Below, one piece after another: positions 56,079-64,000 of a stretch of DNA of 64,000 nt. Each line of letters opens with the position of its first letter. Position 1 is the stretch's first letter. The stretch spans positions 2,876,376 to 2,940,375 of the forward strand of contig OY760934.1 in the NCBI GenBank assembly GCA_963664245.1, written 5' to 3'. The notes beneath the pieces were generated by a model, which saw only the letters and a list, made by a program, of their open reading frames with translations, did no database searches and was not told the DNA's origin. The DNA comes from Bacteroidales bacterium. Lineage in GTDB: Bacteria > Bacteroidota > Bacteroidia > Bacteroidales > GCA-2711565. A program made the position numbers and the translations under genes.

Positions 56079-57137
56079 TTATTTTGTTTGAAATTGCTTC
56101 ATCATATTGGTTTGTTTAATCAGTCCATTTGCCAGGTTGGCAAAGGCTTTTTCAATAATTCCATCATCTTTTAATGCAATGGGTTGTCCTTCATCTCCCG
56201 ATTCGGCAATACCGGCTACCATTGGAATTTGTCCAAGGAAAGGAATTTGTAGTTTTTTTGCAAAATCTTCGGTATTTCCTTTTCCAAAAATATAGTATTT
56301 GTTATCGGGCAATTCGGCAGGGGTGAAGTACGACATGTTTTCTACAACGCCCAAAACAGGCACATCGATTTTCTCCTGGCGGAACATGGAAATTGCTTTT
56401 TTAACATCGGCCAGGGCCACCTGTTGGGGCGTAGTAACGATAATCGCTCCGTTGACCGGATACGATTGGGCAAATGTTAAATGAATATCGCCAGTTCCCG
56501 GAGGAAGATCCACGATCAAAAAATCAATGTCGCCCCAAACCGCATCGTTAAATAGCTGGTTCAGTGCGCTCGATGCCATTGGTCCACGCCAAATCAACGC
56601 TTGTTCGGGTTGCACGAAAAACCCAATGGATAAAATCTTTAGTCCGTATTTTTCAATAGGAACAACTTTGGGTTTGCCGTTCACTTCCATGGCTTGTGGC
56701 TGAGTATTTTCCAGTCCAAACATAATCGGAACAGATGGGCCGTAAATATCGCCATCCAGCAAACCAACCTTTTTCCCTTGTTTTGACAAGGCAATGGCTA
56801 GATTTGCGGCTACGGTAGATTTTCCTACGCCACCTTTTCCGGATGCCACCGCAATAATATTTTTCACCCCAGAAAGCGGCCCGTCGCCGCCTTCTTTTTG
56901 TGCAACCGGGTTGATTTCAACGTTTATTTCTTGTCCAAAATTGGTTTTAATTACTTTCTCACAGCTCTCTAACACGGTTTTTATTCCCGGATCATTCAAA
57001 TTCGGAAAAACCAAATCAAAAGAAACTTCATTCCCTGAAATCTTCAAATTATTTAGCATTTCGAGGGCAACAATGTTCTCTCTTTTCGGAAAATAAATAA
57101 CCTGTGTTAAGGCTTCCTGCAGTTTTTCTCTGTCCAT
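56079..57137 (-). CDS. Mrp/NBP35 (ApbC) family Fe-S cluster carrier ATPase
   Basis: 352 aa with an N-terminal MIP18-like domain and the deviant Walker A VASGKGGVGKST; DLPPGTGD is also present. Confidence 0.93.
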   Translation of the reverse strand: MDREKLQEALTQVIYFPKRENIVALEMLNNLKISGNEVSFDLVFPNLNDPGIKTVLESCEKVIKTNFGQEINVEINPVAQKEGGDGPLSGVKNIIAVASGKGGVGKSTVAANLAIALSKQGKKVGLLDGDIYGPSVPIMFGLENTQPQAMEVNGKPKVVPIEKYGLKILSIGFFVQPEQALIWRGPMASSALNQLFNDAVWGDIDFLIVDLPPGTGDIHLTFAQSYPVNGAIIVTTPQQVALADVKKAISMFRQEKIDVPVLGVVENMSYFTPAELPDNKYYIFGKGNTEDFAKKLQIPFLGQIPMVAGIAESGDEGQPIALKDDGIIEKAFANLANGLIKQTNMMKQFQTK

Positions 57138-57208
57138 TATTTTATTTTAATTTAGATTTTGTAAAATTAAGAAAAAGAACAATTTCTGTCACAAAAATCT
57201 TTCTCTGT

Positions 57209-57547
57209 CTACTGTTTTAGTTCTTTTGACGGATCCCAAAAATGTTTTTCAAAATCAATGATCTGATCGTTTTCAATCCTGATTCCTTCGTTTTCGAGTA
57301 GTTGTTGCATAATATCGGGCGAACCAAAATGATGCTTGCCGGTTAGCATGCCATTGCGGTTTACCACCCGGTGAGCTGGAATTTGGTGTTCGCTGCTGTG
57401 CGAACTGTTCATGGCCCACCCCACCATGCGAGCCGAACCACGGCTTCCAAGATAGGCGGCAATTGCTCCGTAGCTGGTAACCCGGCCTTTAGGGATTTGC
57501 TGTGCAATTTCATACACTTGCTCAAAAAACCCGGGTTCATTTTTCAT
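57209..57547 (-). CDS. MGMT-fold alkyltransferase-like (ATL) protein lacking the acceptor cysteine
   Basis: 112 aa with an MGMT DNA-binding domain (IPKGRVTSYGAIAAYLG). The active-site position reads IPAHRVV instead of PCHRV. It overlaps the trmB end by 11 nt. Confidence 0.85.
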   Translation of the reverse strand: MKNEPGFFEQVYEIAQQIPKGRVTSYGAIAAYLGSRGSARMVGWAMNSSHSSEHQIPAHRVVNRNGMLTGKHHFGSPDIMQQLLENEGIRIENDQIIDFEKHFWDPSKELKQ

Positions 57548-58208
57548 TTAAGCAGAATTTAAGATAGTGAATGGGTTGCCTGAGTTCGAGGTATTTTTTT
57601 TCGTAAAAGGTTTGAATTTGAACCACAGCTCCAGTAAGGTCAGAGTTGTAAATATCGTGATTGCTGTACAGCAAATGGTGCCCCTCTTCTTTTATCATTT
57701 CGAGGGTGTACTCAAAAAGTGGGGTGTTGTCGGTTTTCAGGTGGATGATCCCGTCTTTCTTCAAAAATTTCCGGTAATATTCAAGAAAGCGGGGAGAGGT
57801 TAATCGTTTCCTGGCTTTGAATTCTTTGGGCTGGGGGTCGGGAAAAGTAACCCATATTTCGGAAACTTCATCTGGATCAAAGTAGTGTTCAATCACTTCA
57901 ATCCGGGTTCGGATGAAGCCCACGTTTGTCATCCCTTTTTCATTGGAGGTTTTGCATCCTCGCCAGATACGGGCTCCTTTTACATCTACTCCCAGGTAAT
58001 TTTTCATCGGGTCGTTTTCGGCCAGCCCGATGGTGTATTCTCCTTTACCGCAACCCAGTTCCAGTACAATTGGCTGCTCATTTTTAAAAAAGTCAGTATT
58101 CCATTTTCCTTTAAAAGGAACCCCCTCTTTTGTTTCAGGATACGATAATTGAATCAGATTCGGGAATGTTTCATTTTCCGCAAATCGAAATAACTTGTTT
58201 TTTCCCAC
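57537..58208 (-). CDS. trmB: tRNA (guanine46-N7)-methyltransferase
   Basis: 223 aa with SAM motif LELGCGKGEYT, plus DPQPKEFKARKRL and HLKTDN. Confidence 0.93.
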   Translation of the reverse strand: MGKNKLFRFAENETFPNLIQLSYPETKEGVPFKGKWNTDFFKNEQPIVLELGCGKGEYTIGLAENDPMKNYLGVDVKGARIWRGCKTSNEKGMTNVGFIRTRIEVIEHYFDPDEVSEIWVTFPDPQPKEFKARKRLTSPRFLEYYRKFLKKDGIIHLKTDNTPLFEYTLEMIKEEGHHLLYSNHDIYNSDLTGAVVQIQTFYEKKYLELRQPIHYLKFCLNEK

Positions 58209-58255
58209 GGTTTAAAAATTTGGGCAAATTTCGGAAAAAAATAAGAAATGAAAAA

Positions 58256-59461
58256 TTAAATAGAAAGCAACCATGTGTTAACTTCTTCTTCCTTGCGGAT
58301 AACAGCCATTTGTTGATTGGCTTTGTTGATATCAACAAAAGCATCGAAACAAACACGGTACAACCCCCGGTTGTTCTGGTCAACAATCATGGCATTAAAA
58401 CCTTTGGCCCGTAAGCGAAGTACAAGCTTTTCGGCATTCATTTTTTCTCTGAAAACACCGGCCATGATAAAGTATTTATAATCAGGTTTAGTATTGGCTA
58501 TTTCCGGAATGTTTTTTTGTACAGGAATTTCTGTTTTCTTGTCAAATTTAGTACTGTCCTTTTCTTTTTGTGTGTTATCTGGTTTGTCGGCATCTTCACC
58601 TTCAGCTTTTCCTTTTTTAGTTGAGGGCTTGCCAGTGTCTTTGACATTCGCCTTCACTTTCCGGTTTACAACTGTTTTTGTTGAGTCTTTTTTATTTTTT
58701 GTGTCAAGAGGGTTCAGCTTATCAACCAAAGTAAGAACACTTATCATTTTAGAGTGGTCAAGGTTCTTTGATAAATATTCAGGGGCCGATGAAGAATAAA
58801 CCGGAATAAAGCTGGAATAATTGTTATAATAAGTCTTAACCAGTCCCGGGCGGAAGAGAACCAATGCGGCAATTGCCAGAACAAACAAAATAAACGAAAC
58901 ATTAATATGAATGTATTTTGGTCCGTTTGCCACTGGTTTAGGTTCCCGTTTGTAAGTTTCTTTGGGTTTCCGATCACGGCTTTTTGCAGCAACTTTAGAT
59001 GCTCCTTCGCGCGAGCGTTTAATCATTGGCTGTTGAATGGTCCGTTTTATTTCGGGCGATACAAAGCTTTTTAATCCGAATGAATCAGCGAAATAATTTT
59101 GGGTTTTATCAGGTTCAAACTGAATATTTTTTTCTTTATCCATGAAAAGGGCTCCAACTTTCCGAAAACGGATTTGTTTGCCATTTTTCAACTCAATCAA
59201 ACATTTTTTTACAAAACGTTCAACGGCCTCGCGGGCTTCGATATAGGTGAGTTTTTCCTGACGGGCAAGATGGTTTACCAATAGTCCGTCGTTTGTGATT
59301 AAGTGGGCGTTGAAAACAATTTCTTTTGAAGGAGGAGTGAAATGGTTTTGTATGGGTAAAATTTTTGCAGGAATATTTTTGGTAATGAATCCTCCCAGCC
59401 CAGGAATGACAACACATTCGTATTCGAATAGCAAATCTGCTATGTATTTTGCAACTTTCAT
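58256..59461 (-). CDS. HU-like (CCDC81-type) domain / TM / Lys-rich linker / SPOR domain protein
   Basis: 401 aa. The N-terminus IADLLFEYECVVIPGLGGF... plus a second HU-like repeat precede a TM helix (VSFILFVLAIAALVLF) and a K/D/T-rich low-complexity linker. The C-terminal SPOR pattern is YFIMAGVFREKMNAEKLVLRLRAKGF...GLYRVCFDAF. Confidence 0.8.
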   Translation of the reverse strand: MKVAKYIADLLFEYECVVIPGLGGFITKNIPAKILPIQNHFTPPSKEIVFNAHLITNDGLLVNHLARQEKLTYIEAREAVERFVKKCLIELKNGKQIRFRKVGALFMDKEKNIQFEPDKTQNYFADSFGLKSFVSPEIKRTIQQPMIKRSREGASKVAAKSRDRKPKETYKREPKPVANGPKYIHINVSFILFVLAIAALVLFRPGLVKTYYNNYSSFIPVYSSSAPEYLSKNLDHSKMISVLTLVDKLNPLDTKNKKDSTKTVVNRKVKANVKDTGKPSTKKGKAEGEDADKPDNTQKEKDSTKFDKKTEIPVQKNIPEIANTKPDYKYFIMAGVFREKMNAEKLVLRLRAKGFNAMIVDQNNRGLYRVCFDAFVDINKANQQMAVIRKEEEVNTWLLSI

Positions 59462-59513
59462 AGGATAGGATTTTTGTTAAGTTTTGCTAAAGTACGATTG
59501 TTTATAAAATTTT

Positions 59514-60260
59514 TCAAATTTTGTTAACAATTTTTTTCAGGTCTTCAGGGGTGTCAATGGCAAAGTTTTCAACCGAAGTAATTTGCGTTTGGATGACATA
59601 CCCGTTTTCGATCCACCTAAGTTGCTCGAGGCATTCGGCCAGCTCTAAGGAGGATTGTTTGATTTTGGTAATTTCGGAAAGAATATTGGCCCGGTAAGCG
59701 TAAATCCCGATGTGTTTAAAATAAGTATGCGTTTCGAGCCATTTTTCTTTTTCGATGTTTCGTAAATACGGGATGGTTTCGCGGCTAAAATAAACGGCTT
59801 TTTTTTGATGGTTGATAACCGCTTTAACAACATTGGGGTTGAACAATTCCTCGTTTTGGTCAATTTTTTTGATAAGCGTTGCAATTTGTGTTTCGGGTTG
59901 ATCCGAAAAACTTTTTAAGAGCAGATCGATTTGCTCGGGATCCAATAAAGGTTCATCGCCCTGGATATTTACAACAATCAGCTTGTTTGAACCCGCTGCT
60001 ATTTTGTCGATGGCTTCTTTGCAACGGTCGGTTCCGCTTTGGTGATCGGCTGAGGTCATTACAACTTTCCCGTTAAACCCAAGTACATGCTCGTAAATCC
60101 GCTGATCGTCGGTAGCAACATAAACTTCGGATAACGATTGGCAAAACGAGGCTTGTTCGTAAACCCTTTGAATCATCGATTTCCCTTTGATATCAATCAG
60201 GGGTTTTCCCGGGAAACGGGTAGATGCGTAACGCGCCGGTATAATTCCGATGGCTTTCAT
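59514..60260 (-). CDS. kdsB: 3-deoxy-manno-octulosonate cytidylyltransferase (CMP-KDO synthetase)
   Basis: 248 aa with IIPARYASTRFPGKPL and NIQGDEP. Confidence 0.95.
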   Translation of the reverse strand: MKAIGIIPARYASTRFPGKPLIDIKGKSMIQRVYEQASFCQSLSEVYVATDDQRIYEHVLGFNGKVVMTSADHQSGTDRCKEAIDKIAAGSNKLIVVNIQGDEPLLDPEQIDLLLKSFSDQPETQIATLIKKIDQNEELFNPNVVKAVINHQKKAVYFSRETIPYLRNIEKEKWLETHTYFKHIGIYAYRANILSEITKIKQSSLELAECLEQLRWIENGYVIQTQITSVENFAIDTPEDLKKIVNKI

Positions 60261-60592
60261 TAAAATAACTTTCCTCCTATTGGTACATCTTCATCAGGGA
60301 CAACAAGAAGTACTTCGTTGTTTTTGTCGGGCACACCCAGTGTTAAAACTTCCGATTTAATGGGGCCTATTTGCCGGGGTGGAAAATTAACAACGGCCAT
60401 TACTTTTTTATGGAGAAGATCTTCTTTGCTGTAGTTTTTTACAATTTGGGCACTCGATTTTTTAATCCCGATTTCCGAACCAAAATCAATTTTTAGTTTG
60501 TATGCCGGTTTGCGGGCTTCCGGAAAATCTTCCACTTCGATAATTTGCCCAACACGAATATCCAACTTTAAGAAATCATCGAATGTTACCAT
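60260..60592 (-). CDS. tRNA-binding domain protein (CsaA/YgjH family)
   Basis: 110 aa with an OB-fold tRNA-binding pattern: FLKLDIRVGQIIEVEDFPEARKPAYKLKIDFG... Confidence 0.85.
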   Translation of the reverse strand: MVTFDDFLKLDIRVGQIIEVEDFPEARKPAYKLKIDFGSEIGIKKSSAQIVKNYSKEDLLHKKVMAVVNFPPRQIGPIKSEVLTLGVPDKNNEVLLVVPDEDVPIGGKLF

Positions 60593-60603
60593 GTTTGCCC
60601 CGT

Positions 60604-61218
60604 TTAAAATAAACCGTGAATTTCCGCATTAATTTTTTCAATAATCATTCCCAAATCTTCCGGTTTCGATTCAAAATCAATATCATCTACATTGATGATT
60701 AAGAGTTTTCCGAGCTTGTATTTTTCGATCCACTTTTCGTAGCGTTCGTTCAATAATTTTAAATAATCCAAACGGATGGATTCTTCGTATTCGCGCCCTC
60801 TTTTTTGAATTTGGTTTACCAGGTTGGGAACCGTTGAACGGAGGTAAATCAAAAGGTCGGGAGCCTGAATAAACGAACTCATCAGCTCAAATAAAGAAGA
60901 GTAATTTTCGAAATCGCGGGACGACATCAGGTTCATGTGATGCAGGTTGGGTGCGAAAATATAAGCGTCTTCATAAATGGTCCGGTCCTGGATAATGGCT
61001 TTTCCGCTTTGCCTGATTTGAATGATTTGACGGAAACGGCTGTTTAAGAAATAAACCTGAAGGTTAAACGACCAACGTTGCATGTCTTCGTAAAAACTGT
61101 TCAGATAAGGGTTGGTATCTACGTCTTCGTAATGGGCTTCCCAGCCAAAATGTTTTGATAATAAACGGGTCAAAGTTGTTTTTCCTGAGCCGATATTTCC
61201 GGCAATAGCTATGTGCAT
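60604..61218 (-). CDS. Deoxynucleoside kinase
   Basis: 204 aa with P-loop AGNIGSGKTT, ERS-like DRTIYED and an arginine-rich lid KRGREYE. Confidence 0.9.
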   Translation of the reverse strand: MHIAIAGNIGSGKTTLTRLLSKHFGWEAHYEDVDTNPYLNSFYEDMQRWSFNLQVYFLNSRFRQIIQIRQSGKAIIQDRTIYEDAYIFAPNLHHMNLMSSRDFENYSSLFELMSSFIQAPDLLIYLRSTVPNLVNQIQKRGREYEESIRLDYLKLLNERYEKWIEKYKLGKLLIINVDDIDFESKPEDLGMIIEKINAEIHGLF

Positions 61219-61275
61219 TTTTTATTTGGTTTAATTTCTCACTAAAATAGAAAAAATCTCCTTAAATCAAATCGC

Positions 61276-62793
61276 TTAATTTTTAAGTAGACTTAAAATC
61301 TCGTCAATATAATCGCGATTGTTTGATAAACGAGGAACTTTATTTTGTCCGCCCAATTTGCCTTTTTTCTTCATCCATTTATAAAAAGTTCCTTTCGGCA
61401 CGGGAATAATACTGGGTTGATGCAATAATAAATCGTGAGAGCGTTTGGCCTCGTAATCGGTGTTTACCGATTTTAAAGCATCATCCAGGCTATGTGTAAA
61501 ATCATTCATATTTTGAGGTTCTTTCTCAAATTCGATGATCCATTCGTGGGCTGCTTTTGTTTTTGTGCCCAGGTAAATCGGGGCTGCTGTGTATTCGGTT
61601 ATTACGGCCTGGTGTTCCTTACACGCTTTTTGTAAAGCTGCTTCTGCATTTTCAATAATCAGTTCTTCGCCAAATGCATTGATAAAGTTTTTGGTTCGCC
61701 CGGTAATTTTAATCCGGTAAGGCGATAAGGAAGTAAATTTAACCGTGTCGCCAATTAAGTAACGCCATAAACCGGCATTGGTTGAGATAACCAGTGCGTA
61801 ATTTTTATCCAGTTCTACTTCTGCCAAAGAGATGGCTTGTGGGTTTGGACTGTCAATTTCTTCCATGGGCAGGAACTCATAAAACACCCCGTAGTCTAAC
61901 ATTAACAGCATATCGTCAATGTTGCTTTGATCTTGGATGCCAAAAAACCCTTCCGATGCATTATAAGTGTTCACGTAAAGCATTTTTTCGGAAGGGATAA
62001 TGTCTTTGAATTGTTGGCGGTAAGGTTCAAAATTTACCCCTCCGTGGAAAAACACTTCCAGGTTTGGCCAAACTTCCAGGATGTTATTTTTCCCGGTCAT
62101 TTCCAAAATCTTGCGGAGCAGCAATAAGGTCCACGAAGGAACGCCCGAAAGGCTGGTTACGTCATGATCCTTGGTTGATTCGGCCATGATCTCGATTTTG
62201 GTTTCCCAATCTTCGAGCAGAGCTACGCTTCTTTTTGGAACCCTGGCGAATTCGGCCCAATAAGGGAGATTGTCAATAATAATGGCCGAAAGGTCACCCT
62301 CGTAATATTCCGAATTGTTAAACTCCCTGATTTTGGCACTTCCTCCCATGGCCAGTCCACGTCCGTCAAAAAGAGCGCTGTCCGGGTTATTGTTATAATA
62401 AATGGAAAGCATGTCTTTGCCGGCTTTGTAATGGCATTCTTCCAAAGATTCCTGGGTTACTGGGATGAATTTACTCCGGTCGGAGGTTGTTCCCGATGAT
62501 TTGGCAAACCATTTTACATCGGCGTTCCATAATATTTTTTGTTCGCCCTGGCGAAGCCGGTCAATATAAGGTTTAAGTGAATCATAAGTGTTTATCGGCA
62601 CTTGTCTTTTAAAATCCTCAGGGGTTTCAATGTTTTTGTATCCGTATTTTTGACCCCATTCGGTATCCGTTCCATTTGCAATGAGTTTTTTAAGCCACTC
62701 ATTTTGAACTTCGTGAGGGTATTTCATAAAAAGTTCAATTTGATGAAATCGTTTTTTCATTAACCAAGCAAGTACGGAATTAATAAGTGCCAT
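61276..62793 (-). CDS. GH3 (auxin-responsive promoter) family adenylating enzyme homologue, substrate unknown
   Basis: 505 aa with the bacterial GH3 pattern read by eye: FAKSSGTTSDRSKFIP (acyl-adenylate P-loop-like), YNASEGFFG and the C-terminal GGQNKVPRL. Confidence 0.85.
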   Translation of the reverse strand: MALINSVLAWLMKKRFHQIELFMKYPHEVQNEWLKKLIANGTDTEWGQKYGYKNIETPEDFKRQVPINTYDSLKPYIDRLRQGEQKILWNADVKWFAKSSGTTSDRSKFIPVTQESLEECHYKAGKDMLSIYYNNNPDSALFDGRGLAMGGSAKIREFNNSEYYEGDLSAIIIDNLPYWAEFARVPKRSVALLEDWETKIEIMAESTKDHDVTSLSGVPSWTLLLLRKILEMTGKNNILEVWPNLEVFFHGGVNFEPYRQQFKDIIPSEKMLYVNTYNASEGFFGIQDQSNIDDMLLMLDYGVFYEFLPMEEIDSPNPQAISLAEVELDKNYALVISTNAGLWRYLIGDTVKFTSLSPYRIKITGRTKNFINAFGEELIIENAEAALQKACKEHQAVITEYTAAPIYLGTKTKAAHEWIIEFEKEPQNMNDFTHSLDDALKSVNTDYEAKRSHDLLLHQPSIIPVPKGTFYKWMKKKGKLGGQNKVPRLSNNRDYIDEILSLLKN

Positions 62794-62905
62794 AAATCAA
62801 CCGAATATTTCTATGTTCAAAAATAGTTAAAATTTATTCTTATTGAAGGGCAATTTTTACGAGATTTTGTCATTATTATAAAAGATCAAGCTGTAAATTT
62901 GTGTA

Positions 62906-63718
62906 ATGATCGCTTTTCCAAATTGTAAAATTAACTTGGGACTTTCAGTTATTGAGAGACGCCGTGACGGCTATCACAATATTGAAACGATCTTTAATCC
63001 TTTGCCTTTGCATGATGTGCTTGAAATAGTACCCGCCCATGACGAAAAAACAGTTTTTACTTCTTCAGGAATTGAAATCCCGGGCGAACCGGATCAGAAT
63101 TTGTGTTTGAAAGCATACGAGTTGCTAAACAAAGATTTTAATTTAGAACCGGTCAAAATTCATTTGCACAAAGTGGTACCGATTGGAGCTGGTCTGGGAG
63201 GAGGTTCGTCGGATGCAGCATCTTCATTAATGCTTTTGAACGACCTCTTTTCATTAAAATTATCACGAAAAAAACTACTAAAATATGCTTCGCAACTGGG
63301 TGCCGATTGTGCTTTTTTTATCCTGAACAAACCCGTGTTCGCCAATAAAAAAGGAGATCGGTTTAGGTCTGTCAAGCTGGATTTATCGGGCAAATTTATT
63401 GTATTGGTAAAACCGGATGTACATGTTGGAACGGCTGAAGCTTATGCAGGAATTACTCCCGGCACCAGGATTTTTTCGGTAAGGCAATTGGTCGAAAAAT
63501 CGATGAGTGGGTGGAAATACACCTTATTCAACGATTTTGAAAAAAGCATTTTCCAGAAATACCCGATGATTGAAGAAATTAAAACCAAACTTTATGATGC
63601 CGGAGCTATTTATGCTTCCATGAGCGGGAGCGGTTCGGCCGTTTACGGGATATTTGAAAAAGCAGTAGATCTTCAAAAAGCATTCAATGGATTTTTTTAT
63701 TGGTCTTCAATTGTTTAA
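62906..63718 (+). CDS. ispE: 4-(cytidine 5'-diphospho)-2-C-methyl-D-erythritol kinase
   Basis: 270-aa GHMP kinase with KINLGLSVIERRRDGYH and PIGAGLGGGSSDAA. Confidence 0.93.
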   Translation: MIAFPNCKINLGLSVIERRRDGYHNIETIFNPLPLHDVLEIVPAHDEKTVFTSSGIEIPGEPDQNLCLKAYELLNKDFNLEPVKIHLHKVVPIGAGLGGGSSDAASSLMLLNDLFSLKLSRKKLLKYASQLGADCAFFILNKPVFANKKGDRFRSVKLDLSGKFIVLVKPDVHVGTAEAYAGITPGTRIFSVRQLVEKSMSGWKYTLFNDFEKSIFQKYPMIEEIKTKLYDAGAIYASMSGSGSAVYGIFEKAVDLQKAFNGFFYWSSIV

Positions 63719-63791
63719 ATTTGATTCCAACCTTTAGAGGTACAATTACGTCTTTATAACAAAACCAATTTATTTGAAGTCTGGTATTGAT

Positions 63792-64000
63792 ATGCATAGT
63801 GAATTTGAATTCGGTCATTTGGCAGGAATGCTGGATATTCAAGTTTATGACGATAAAATTACCATCGATCGCGTTGATGAAAATTTCTATAAGCTAAAAC
63901 TTGTTGGGAAATACACCAAGGAAAGCTTCACATTATCTGTTATCCCCCAGTATTTTATCGATTTTAAAACAAAATACACCAAACACCAATTACCGGATAA
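63792..64000 (+). CDS. Hypothetical protein, 5' fragment (runs off window)
   Basis: ATG at 63792. Hand translation MHSEFEFGHLAGMLDIQVYDDKITIDRVDENFYKLKLVGKYTKESF... stays open to the window end. I recognised no family. Confidence 0.3.
   Translation, partial: MHSEFEFGHLAGMLDIQVYDDKITIDRVDENFYKLKLVGKYTKESFTLSVIPQYFIDFKTKYTKHQLPD

Noticed and set aside
1-64000. Looked for CRISPR arrays, long tandem or direct repeats, rRNA, integrases, reverse transcriptases, phage structural genes and toxin-antitoxin pairs
   Set aside because: I could not find any by eye. The only repeats are the bactofilin tandem duplication, the intragenic GAF duplication, the two paralogous riboswitches and short hairpins.

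Overview
This is a chromosomal window from a Bacteroidota genome. The lineage call is an inference from a SusC/SusD pair, a GldB-like lipoprotein, TAnnTTTG promoter boxes, near absence of Shine-Dalgarno sites, menaquinone genes and PorT-like beta-barrels. About 60 genes are tightly packed and mostly housekeeping. They include purL, trxB, a seven-gene menaquinone operon (thioesterase-menF-D-B-A-C-E), nadE, NifU/Mrp Fe-S carriers, trmB, kdsB, a deoxynucleoside kinase, ispE, comM/yifB and one tRNA-Pro(GGG). A B12 locus is split into two units, each behind its own cobalamin riboswitch: btuFCD, then btuB-cobU-cobT-cobS-cobC. Less ordinary content falls into four groups. (1) A signalling neighbourhood has a 1507-aa Cache/HAMP/PAS/GAF kinase, a stand-alone receiver, a REC-kinase hybrid and a TPR kinase with no DNA-binding output, interleaved with two tandem bactofilin paralogues. 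(2) An ECF sigma/FecR/STN-SusC/SusD locus has a TlpA-like thioredoxin lipoprotein as its only enzyme-like partner. Its anti-sigma/susC spacer looks like a plus-strand cis-antisense sRNA. (3) A 1.7-kb AT-rich islet next to comM carries a RAYT-type Y1 transposase and a Zn-ribbon/T5orf172 gene, each broken by a +1 homopolymer frameshift. (4) An orphan surface-lipoprotein plus acidic-loop beta-barrel pair follows the B12 locus. I see no CRISPR array, reverse transcriptase, integrase, toxin-antitoxin pair or rRNA, and no self-evident new multi-gene system. The findings are candidates ranked by how unexplained they are. All protein family calls rest on motifs read by eye, not on database searches.
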